A DNA stretch of 63,809 bases, filler included, from Thraustochytrium aureum (taxonomy: Eukaryota), in NCBI GenBank assembly GCA_012862495.1. It is 6 parts of 3 records of this genome, joined end to end, with 100 filler letters (N's around TTAATTAATTAA, not from the genome) between each part and the next. Parts side by side here need not be neighbours in the genome. Positions count along the whole stretch, not along the records: positions 20,283 to 43,668 come from BLSG01000233.1; 5 more parts are not named here. One strand, written 5' to 3'. The stretch's first letter is position 1, and each line of letters starts with the position of its first letter. Below, in pieces: positions 33,535 to 43,768 of this stretch. Under the pieces are notes generated by a model. The model did not search any database. It was not told the origin of the DNA and worked only from the letters and a program-made list of their open reading frames with translations. Position numbers and translations under genes: made by a program.

Positions 33535-35116
33535 CTACAAATTCGTAGGCTCGCGCTTTTTGCGCGGGAGAGTCTTCTGGTTGAGCTCGTACGCGCCGAC
33601 TTGCTTGAGAAGCTGGCCAAACTCTGGAGATTGGAGGAAGCGGTCAAACTTGTCGTCCTTGAGCAGCTCAAAGACCTCCTGCTTGGCTTCGTGAAACATT
33701 TGGAAATCATAGTCTCCCTTCTCCATCCTGGCCTTGATGGGCTCGAAAACGGAGTGCTTGATGTTGACCTGGAACTGTGCAGACTCGGCGAGGTAGAGGT
33801 CAAAGATCTCCTTGGCCTTGGTCTCCAAGATGGCCGCCTTCTTGCGCAAAACGCTGTCCGGGGACACGCCAAGCGACTTGAGGACCTTTTTGCGGATGAG
33901 CGACTTTTGCGTGGCCTCCAGCAAGTCCACGGCGTGCCAAAAGTCGATGTTCTCCTTGGCAAACNNNNNNNNNNNNNNNNNNNNNNNNNNNNNNNNNNNN
34001 NNNNNNNNNNNNNNNNNNNNNNNNNNNNNNNNNNNNNNNNNNNNNNNNNNNNNNNNNNNNNNNNNNNNNNNNNNNNNNNNNNNNNNNNNNNNNNNNNNNN
34101 NNNNNNNNNNNNNNNNNNNNNNNNNNNNNNNNGGCGACGTACTTTGTGAGGTATTCGCGCCCAGTCGGGTGCTGCAACACGTCGACGAGGTTGGAGTGCG
34201 TGCCGGCCACCTTGAGGCCAAACTCGGCCAGCACGCCGTCCTCGCCAGACATGAGCACGATAAAGTCGTCTTTCGGCAGCTCCAGCAGGATCGCGTCCGA
34301 CTTGTCCGAGACCTGCACGGTGGCAGAATGCGGCTTGTCACTGACCAGCGACACGTCTCCAAAGTAGTCTTTCGGGCGCAGCACGCGGACCAGCGAGCTC
34401 CCCAAGTACACGTTGAGGTCGCCTTCCGCGATCATGAAGAAGCGCTTCTTCGACTCTGTGCCCTGCTCCACGATGTTTTCGTTCTTGCGGTACCGACGCA
34501 TCGTGCACAGCTCAAGCAGGATATACCGCTTTTGGCGGCGCATTGTCTTGAACGCCGGAATGTTTTCCAAGGTCTGGGTCATCATTTCGCGGGCCCTGGC
34601 GCGCTGCTCGAGGTGCTTTGCGGTCTTGGGGGCACCCTTTTTGAATTGGGCCAGGTCGGTGTGGGCGAGCGAGTACAGCACGCAACTCGCCAAGGTAGAG
34701 ACGGTCGTCCCGTGCTTGTGGTTGTCGAAAAACAGAGAGACTTCGCTGAAGACGTCGCCGGCAATGTACCGGCGCAGCTCGGTGTGGAAGCCGCGCTCAT
34801 CCTTGGCGGTCACGACCGCGTGGCCGTCGACCATGACGTACATGCGGTCTCCGACCTCGCCCTCCTGGTTGATGATGCGGTTTTCGCCGAACTCCTCGCG
34901 CTTGAAGAGGTGCGCCACCTTGTTGAGTTCCGCGGCTTGCTCGTCCTTGAAGGGCTCGCACTTGAGCAAGCTTGCCACTACCTCCTTCGCGTGCTTGTCC
35001 GCCTTGGCCCGAGCCGCGGGGTCTGTTGCGCCATTGGCTGCGGCGGGGTTGGCCGCGGCGAGGTCCGACTCGAGCACGCCCTTCTCCTCCGCCGCCTTCG
35101 AGGCCAAGCAGCCCAT
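33535..35116 (-). CDS. N-acylated protein with two cNMP-like domains and a C-terminal RGS domain
   Basis: MGCLASK start. cNMP cores IINQEGEVGDRMYVMVDG and IVEQGT..FFMIAEG. RGS motifs VLQHPTGREYL, KENIDFW, IFDLYL, QVNI and DKFDRFLQS. The gap at 33965-34132 probably hides an intron because only about two residues are missing. Confidence 0.88.
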
Positions 35117-37007
35117 CGCTCGCGCCTACCTATGGAGTGCGTACTTGGTTCCCACCGAGCGTCGCTTTGCAGCTCGGCGCCCTGCGTGCCTGGCTGCCAA
35201 CCCGCCCGTCCGCCCGCCCGCCCGCCCGCCCGCCCGCGCTCGTCCACGCGTGCCTGAGCCGGACGTCTGGCGCCGCTGCGCAACAAGCACCTACTGCTGG
35301 GGGTCTGCCGCTGCGACGTTGCCTGGAGCTCTGTCGCTCGTCCAGAGTGGGTGCACCTTCCTCCTCCTCCTCCTCCTCCTGCTCCTCCTGCTCCTGCTCC
35401 TCCGAGGATGGACTCTCATCTCACTCTGCTCCTCAGCAGAAAGACGATTGGCTGAAGGCGGGGGAGGGAAGGAAGAGGAGGGCAGGAGCAGGGAAGGAGA
35501 CTCGGTGAAGCAATGCACGCTTTCCTTTCCCCTGGAGTCCGCGCATTCACGCATGCCTTGCCGGCCGGCAGGCAGAGAGAGAGTTCGGCTGCCGCGCGAG
35601 CCGTGCACGAGGTGCCCATGCCAGAGGAGCGACAGTCTGTGCGTGCGGATGGCTGGCTGGCTGGCGACTCCATCGTGCTTGTTTTGGTTTGGTTTGATGC
35701 GTGTACTTTTCGCTGCTTCTCGAGATGGTGCGGAGCGGAAGCTGACAGGTTCCCAGCGTTGCCCGCCCACCCACTTTCGAGTCTCGAACCAGGAGGGTGC
35801 GCCGACAAGAAATAGACCCGATGACCAAGGGTGAGCGCCAGCGGAGTTTTATCGGGCTCAGCTGGCCTCATTCATTCATCGCAAGAGCGACGCAAGAGCG
35901 ACAGTTGCTGGTTGCCCTCGCGACCCGCGACTGGAAGAAGAGCGACACGAGCCAGGTTGCTTGGCTTTCCGACTCGAGTCGTGACCAAACTGGTGGAGGG
36001 TCGGTCTCTCGCGCCTTTTGTATCTGCCTTGCTCGCAGCATGATCTGTTCTGGCGTGGTCGAACCAGATTGCTGCGAAGGTGTGCATTACGCCGCCGGCA
36101 GGTCGGGTCAACATTCGTAGCGTGCTAAAGTCTTCAAAATAAACCCGACCCCGAAACCTGCCGGCTTCCGGGCATAGTCCCCTTGCCGGAATGTGGGACC
36201 AGTGGACCAGCATTCCCGGTCGAGCGTTGGGCAGCTGCAGCCAGCGCCCGGCCGCGGCACGGCCCGTCGAGCGGCGGGCTCGATGTGGGCGGCCAGGCTC
36301 CGCCGCACAAGCAAGCGTGAAGCGGCAGGCCGGCTCGACGTTTCTGAGCGCAGCCGCGGTCCGCTCTGCCATTCCATTTCCCACGTCCGAGTCCTTGAGT
36401 CCTGTTGTGTCCGATCCGGGTGTGCCTGGCGGGTGCGCGCGTTCTGGTGAACGGTGATTTTTCCCCTGCTGTTCGTCGGCACGCGCCCCGGGGGAGGTGT
36501 GCAATCGTTGGGCAGCCCCTCTGGCAGCAAGACGCGGTCGAGTTTCGTCACTTTCGTGGCTCGGCTTGGTGGCCTGCCTGCCTTGTTGGCCTGCCTCCGC
36601 CTTCAAGTTGGTGGCCTGATCAACCTGTTCAACTTGAGGAGCCTGCAGCCGCAGTGCCGCAGCGAATGTCTCTGTCGCTACGGTTGCCACTGGCCTGCCA
36701 GGCAGCGCTTTCGCTTTCTCCTGCTCCGATGAGACGGACCAGCCAGCGGAGCTGCTGAGCTGAGCTGGGCCGTTACTCTCTTACTCCCAACCTGTAGACC
36801 AACCCATCGTTTTGCGCAGGGAGACACACACCCCCAGGGCTTGAGCGGCTACGATGCCAACAACCAACACCCAACCTGACATCGCAGACTGCCAACTCGA
36901 GCGGCCGAGGTGCGCGCTGGAAGACGAGCCAACCGGCGACCATTGGCTAGTCGAAGGGACCGAGGCACTCGACGCCGTCCGCGGGCCAGGTGAGGCAGAA
37001 GAGCGCG

Positions 37008-38274
37008 ATGGATCCCGCCGCGGTCGCCCTGCACTTGGGCTTTGTCGTTGTGTCGGGCCTGATGGCGCTGTGGACGCTCCACCTGGACCTGCGATACTTT
37101 TACGGGTGGCAGGGCGGCGCCTGGACGCTCAAGTTTACTCAGTAAGTTGGTGGGCAGGTTTTCCGCCGCGAGACGCCTTCCTCAAGCGAGCTAACGCCCT
37201 TGCTCGTGCAGCTGGTCGCTTCTCGCGACGTTGGCCTTCCTCGGCGTGGCGCTCGTCGATGCTCTTACGCTCGGCCTGGTTTTCGGCAAAGTGCGTCGCG
37301 CGCTGCTCTACCTGAGCCTCGTTCTGGCGCTCAACGTGGACACGGGCTTTTTCGCCGTCATCTTCCCGCGCCGCTTGATGGGCAAGGACACCAACTACGT
37401 GGGCAGCCCGCTGTCCGCCTCTTCCGCACACAAGCACCTCATCAACCTGCTTTGGATCCTGGGCGAGGTGGCCACCAACCCGCGCCTCGACCTCGCCAAG
37501 CCCTTCTCCCTGCGAAACCCGCCCGCTGAGCTCGTCATGTTCGGCCTCCTCCTGCCAATCATCGTCAGCGGCGTCTACTACAACATCGCCAAGGCGATCA
37601 AGGACCCAGTGAACGGCGCGCACCTCCTCAAGAAGTTGGGAATCCCGCTCCCTGGCGACTTTTCCGATCCGGACTATGACCCGACTGACGCCGAAACGCG
37701 CGGCAACTGCACCGCGATTCCAGGGCACTGGATCTACAGCTCGTTCAAGCACAAGCGCCTCCGAAGTGTGTTCCTGCTCTCGCCGCTTGCCTACCTGCCG
37801 ATCGGCGCGGCTGTGCTCCTCGCTGTAGAGAGCGGCCTCGGCACAAGCCGCCGCGCGCACATCGCCCTCTTTGCTCTCGCCTTGGTTCTCACTCCGGCGC
37901 TGTACCTGCCCGAGGTGTGGGAGCGCGAGCACCATAGCATCAAGGCCATCGCTCGCCAGACCAAGGAGGACGTCTTCGAAGCTGCGCGCGCTGCCCAAGT
38001 CGCCCAAGCCAAGATGCTGCGCAACGCCGCCGATGCCTCGACGGAGTTCCCAGCCCTGGCCACCGCCTTCGTCAAAGGTGTCGTGCAGGGCGCTGCCATG
38101 ATAGCGCGTGACGCCTCTGAGTCGTCGAAGGAGCTGGCAGAGCGCCTCGCGGGGCGAAAGCGCTCCAAGAGCGCTTCCTCCGCAGCCTCAACCTCGTCCA
38201 AGCGGCGCTCTTCCCGGCGCGAGTCCTCCTCGGCTGCCAAGCGTGCTTCCCTCGGCCTCGCGGGCCTCGAGTGA
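37008..38274 (+). CDS. Multi-TM protein, possibly FAR-17a/AIG1-like; intron 37142-37211
   Basis: Exon 1 (MDPAAVALHLGF...KFT) splices in frame via GTAAGT...GCTAAC...CAG to HWSLLATLAF. FTHW, a later His (AHKHL) and GHWIYSSF resemble AIG1/ADTRP motifs; the family call is tentative. Confidence 0.6.
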
Positions 38275-39329
38275 GGCTGTAAACGGTTCGGCGTGGCTGG
38301 CCTACGCAGCAGTGTCCGAGCGGAGCGGAGCGGGGCGGTGTTCGATCAAATGCTTGCGCTTTCAAGATCGACTCGCGCAACAACAGGAGGGCCGGGGCGG
38401 GCCGCCAAACTCTGCGGTGTCCAACCTGCTCCTCACCCGCGAGTGGGAACGCGAGAATCGCATGCAACACTGACTCGAGGTGCCGCCAGCGCCAGCGTTT
38501 CTTTCTCCTCAAAACGTTGTACGGCGAGCCGATGTTTGAGCGCTGGAACTATGAGGTCCAGTCTTCGATCAGATTCTTTCGGACTTGCCATGCCGAGTCG
38601 CGTTCAAGGCGAGGAGGAGCTCGAACAAGACCAGGAGGTGGAGCCAATCCCACGTGGCTCGACCCTGACGCCCCGCCGAAAGTTTGGCGCGGCGCCGTTC
38701 GGGGGAGAGACGTGAAGAAAGCCTCTGGAATTGGCACATCCAGTCGGAGTGGCTCGATGCTCGCCGTGCCAGGGATCACCGACGACAACAACAGGTTTCT
38801 GAACATTACTATCTTTTGATCAATAAAGGGTGACCATAGGCCTGGCCTTTCCATTCCTGTTCGCTCACGTGGCCTGCTCGAGGTTGCAAACCCTCGGAGC
38901 ACCGACACGACCTGCCCGGCGGCGACCACTTCTACCGCTCGTAGCGCGAGAGTGCAGTTGTCTCGATCTTGGTGCTGGGATTCTGGCGCCCTGCACACCT
39001 TCAACCTGCCCGTGCGCGCACGTGGGCACGGCAGAGACAGAATCGGGCAGCGCACTGGCCCACCGCTACGCGCCAGGAGCGCAGGGACCTCGAGGCAACC
39101 GGGCGGTCAAGGCGGCCAGGGGTGCACTGGCTTCAGCCGTGCTTGCGGCCTGGCTCGCGGCAACCAGGAGGGCACAGCCAGAGGTCCACGCGCGTGTGGA
39201 CCTCGTTCGCGGCAACCAGGCGGCCAGGGGCGTCAGGCAGGATGGNNNNNNNNNNNNNNNNNNNNNNNNNNNNNNNNNNNNNNNNNNNNNNNNNNNNNNN
39301 NNNNNNNNNNNNNNNNNNNNNNNNNNAGG

Positions 39330-42300
39330 ATGGGGGGAGCCCAGGACGCCGCCGCCAAAGCTGGGCAAGCAGCGTCTGCTGGTCTGCGCCAATTCGACGT
39401 GTTCCTGTCTCATGTTTGGGACAAGGACGAGCTCGGCAGAGACAACCACGCGAGGGTGACGCGCATCGCCAAAGCGCTGAGGCACGCCGGGTTGGAGCCG
39501 TGGCTGGACGAGGAGCAGATGTCGGGCGACTTGGCCAGAGCCATGTCGACGGGCATTGACGCCTCCGTCGTGGTGATCGTCTTTGTGACACGAGTGTACA
39601 TGGACAAGGTGAACGGGCTGCGCGGCGAGCAACAAGCAGCGATGAAAGAGTTCCAGTATGCGATAAACCGTAAAGGGCGCAACTTGGTGCTTCCAGTGGT
39701 GTGCGACCCGAGCATGCTCGACCAAAGCCAGTGGGAAGGCGCCTTCTTCCTCGAGCTCGGGAGCCAACTCTACGTCGACTTCACGCGCGACGAAGGCGAC
39801 GACGCGTTCCAGGCGCAGGTGGCCAAACTTATGGATGCAGTGAGCAAAAAAATTCAAGCCGCGAGTGGCGGCGCGGAGAACAACCCGCACGCCGGCATGG
39901 CCGGCTCGCTGCGCCTCTTCAAAACCGGGTTTGACCCGTTCACAACCCCGTTGCACAAGGCCGCAGAGTACGCCCCGGAACGCGCCGCTGGATATTCGAG
40001 AGGGTGGACAAGTGGTACCAAGCAGCCCCCAAGCGGTCGCGCGTGTTTATCCTTCTAGGGCTCGCGGGCATTGGCAAGTCGGTTTTCGCCGCAGAGCTGT
40101 GCCGCGCTGGAGGCGGTCTAGCGGCCGCAGGTCTCGAGCCGGGGCCGCTCCCAGCGCAAGGCAAGGCCGGCGCGGCACGATCGAGCAGCGCCTTCTCCGC
40201 GATCCGACGCAGCCTCTCGCGGTCTTCGAAATCGAAATCCCGAGACTCGCCACGCCACCCCAAACTCTCTGTTGGGGCGCTGCACTTTTTCAAGCACGAT
40301 GACGACCGCACCTCAGACCCGCGCCGGTGCCTTCTGTCCATTGCCAACCAGCTGGCGATGGCCGTACCAGAGTACGCGAGCAAACTGCGCGGCATTGATC
40401 ATGAACAGCTCGAGCGCGACGACCTCAAGACCGTGTTTCGCAGAGTCATCAGCGACCCAAGCACAGGCATCCCTGCCCCACAACGCCGCGTTGTGGTCGT
40501 CCTTGACGCGCTCGACGAGTGCGAACAAACGCAGCGCAAGGCACTCCTAAACCTTCTCCAGCAGTCCTGGACGCAGGAGACGCCCCCCTGGCTTGGTCTG
40601 CTGATCACCAGCCGCCCAGAGGACTACATCCCCTACAAGCTGCGCAGCTTTAACCCCACCGAGCTCAACACCGAGGACGAGCGTGTCAAGGACGACATCG
40701 AGGAGTACCTCCGGGCAAGGCTTGCGCCACACGTGACGCCGGCCGCGGACTTGGAGCCAGCTGTCCGGCTGCTGTGCGAGCGGTCTGCAGGCCTGTTTCT
40801 CTACGCGAGGTTTCTGGAGGACATCCTGGAGAGGCTCGGGGACACCAAGATCACGCTCGCGAAGATCAAAGACACCGCGTCGTTTCCGCCGGGCCTTGAC
40901 GGGGTATACGCCCAGTACTTTGACCGGTTCAAAGCGGACGCTCTCGGAGGCGATGACGACCTGTACAGCGCTTTGCTGGCCCCGCTGGTGGCTGCGAGAG
41001 CGCCCCTGCCGGTACCCGTGGTGCAAGACATTCTCAACCAAGCGACGAAGCGCTCCACGCGCGAGGTGAGCACCGTTTTGAAAAAGGCCAAACAACTCTT
41101 GTACATCGGAGACAACGTCGTGCGATTTGTTCACAAGTCCATGTCTGACTGGCTCACAAGCGAAGACAACGAGGAGGCCGGATTGACGGTGGAGGCTGCC
41201 GACGGCCATGCCCTCCGGCGGATTGGATCCTTCGGCCAAGCTCGCGCACCTCGTTCGCGTTTGAGCACGCGGTGTACCACCTCAGCAAAGCTCACCGCGT
41301 TGCGCGTCTCCCTGGCCTGCTCCTTTCGTTTGAATGGTTGCTCGGCGCGATGCGGAGCGGGGTCAAGCCCTTCAGTCTTGCGCTCGACGTGGACCTGTAC
41401 TTGCTCCATGGCACAGATGACGGTGCGAGCGGCCTTGGCCCCACGGCCGCGAAAGACGTTTCCAAGGAAACCGCCGACGTCGTCCAGGTGGTCCGCGCGC
41501 TGCAAAAGGGCAGCACGGCGCTCGCCCACGACCCAGATCAGCTGGCCTCGCAGCTCCTCGGTCGCCTTGACAAATCCCACCCTGTCTTGAAGGGCGTCGC
41601 GACGTTCAGCCCGCTTGGTGGGCGCGCCTGGCTCAGGCCGGTGCGCGGCGTGCTTGAACCGGCCAACTCGCCGCTTCGCCACATCTTGCGAAGCTCGCGT
41701 CCCGGCAACACAAACCTCAAGATCGCGGTTTGCGGCGACCAAGCCGCAAGTGGGGGCTCCAAGGGTGTCGTGAGCGTTTGGTCGCTGCGAACAGGCCAGG
41801 CGCTCCTCACCATCGACCTGGCAGAGCTGGGCATCGTGCACACAAACCGGTCTGGTGGCATCCTCGCGATGGCGCTCTGGGGAACTAGGGTCATGCTGGC
41901 TCTCTACGACTCGACCGTGTACGTCTTTTCGGCAGAATCAGGCGACAGCATCGCGCAGCTTGAAGTGGGTGCGATCTCCAACGCGATTGTTGCCGGCGTG
42001 GATGGACGCGGACGCGAGGTCCTAGCCGCTGGCTGCGTTGACCGCAAGGTACGTATTTTCGACCTCAACGCGCCCCAAGGCACCGCGCCCCTCCTTGTCC
42101 TGGAAAAACACACCGAAGCGATCAGCTCCATCGACATGTCTGGCGACGTTTTGGTGACTGCGAGCTACAGCGTGATTGTGTGGTCTATCGAGGCTGGCAC
42201 AGTCCTGTTTGCGTTTGAGGGCCACATGAGCACAATTGACGCTCTCGCCCTCGACATGGTGAGCCACCGTGTGATTTCGGGTTCGATGGACAAGAACGTG

Positions 42301-43530
42301 CGGGTCTGGAGCCTCGACTCGGGCAAGCTGGAGCGCAATATTCAGGCTGCAACGCCAGTGACCGCGGTTGCCGTATACGGGGGGTCTAGGCTCTTTGTAG
42401 GCGGTGCAGATGAGCATGTGCACATGTACGACATTTCGCAGCGCCACGTTCCCGATCCCTCGTCGGACAAGCCGCAGTACTCAATTCCTGTTTCGGCTCA
42501 CGTGATCCGTGGGCTTGCTGTCGCAAGCGCCATCGGGTTCATCCTGAGTTCTTCTGACGATGGCGAGGTGCGCGTTTTCTCAGTGGCGGCCATAGAGGCG
42601 TCTGCTTCGGGCGAGGACGGCTCTGCCGACCTGGACGGCCACTCGGCGTACATCCACGCGTGCTGCATGGACAACAAGGTTGCACTCACGGGGAGCGCGG
42701 ACCGCACGGCTATTGTGTGGTCGTTAGCCACGAGCTTGCCGCTCCACCGCCTCCAGGGCCACCGAGCAGGCGTCCTAAGCGTCGCGATGACGCGAGACGC
42801 CTACTTGACGGGCGAAGGGTACCCCGGCAACGCGATTCGCATCTGGGACCGCGCGACGCGCCAAGTGCGGCTCAAGCTTGAAGGCCACTCTGACATCATT
42901 CACTGCCTCCTACCAGCCCCGGACGGCCTGCTTTATTCGGCAGGGGACGACAGCGTGATCAGGGTGTGGCGCATGGGCTCGGGCTCGCTCGAGCGTGAGA
43001 TGTCAGGCCACACCGAGGCCATTAACTCGCTTGCACTTCGAGGCAACATGCTGGCTTCTGCAAGCGACGACAGGACGGCGCGGATCTGGGATACCACGAC
43101 TGGCCAAGTGCTGCACGTTTTCGACGGGAGCGCGGTGCTCGACGAGAAGTCCGACTTGGTCATTCCTCCCTCTGGCACGCCGCGGCTCAAGCGGTTCCGG
43201 GCGGTGGCCTTTGGGCCGGACGGCGAGCTCGCCATTGCCACCTACACGCTCCGAGGCGGCAGCGCGCTCGAGTACTACATGCCGATTATGTCGACCACAC
43301 CACCGTTCGCGCGCCTCTCGACGGTATTCGTGCCAAGGCCGACGCGGGCCACCGCGAAAATCTACTTTGAATCAGCGGGTAGTCTCGTGATCGACACGAT
43401 GCTCTGCGAGCTCAAGGGCGTCGTGGGCTTCATGACCGACTCGCGCATCACCTTCGCCGCCGTCGACATGCCAAGCAAGCGCCTCGTGCTGGCCGACTCT
43501 ACGGGCGCGGTGCACATCCTCGCCTGGTAG
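39330..43530 (+). CDS. TIR-NACHT-WD40 STAND NTPase (NLR-like); frameshifts near 39975 and 41215
   Basis: TIR: FDVFLSHVW...WLDEEQM...KEFQYA...LYVDF. NACHT: GTRRWIF, Walker A GLAGIGKS, Walker B VVVLDALDE, LITSRP, GLFLYA, FVHKSMSDWL. Then multiple GH...WD/WS repeats. Confidence 0.9.
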
Positions 43531-43712
43531 ATCGTTCCGTCGACCGATCGACACATAGATAGATAGGTGCCTTCTGCCCGCAGTCGGGCCACGACCAACC
43601 AGCTTCCACTTTCCCCGCCTGCCAGTAGGCCAGAGGTAGATTTCGTTCGAGAGTGCAACGCGTCCACGNNNNNNNNNNNNNNNNNNNNNNNNNNNNNNNN
43701 NNNNNNNNNNNN

Positions 43713-43724
43713 TTAATTAATTAA
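43713..43724. other. Artificial scaffold linker
   Basis: TTAATTAATTAA between N runs. Confidence 0.97.
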
Positions 43725-43768
43725 NNNNNNNNNNNNNNNNNNNNNNNNNNNNNNNNNNNNNNNNNNNN

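Noticed and set aside
35203..35402. (CCCG)n and (CCT)n tracts, and similar GCCT/GGCA/ATTG tracts elsewhere
   Set aside because: Ordinary microsatellites in leaders and intergenic DNA.
38293..39055. Short ORFs upstream of the TIR gene as a transposase remnant or extra exon
   Set aside because: No convincing DDE motif, terminal repeats or splice signals.
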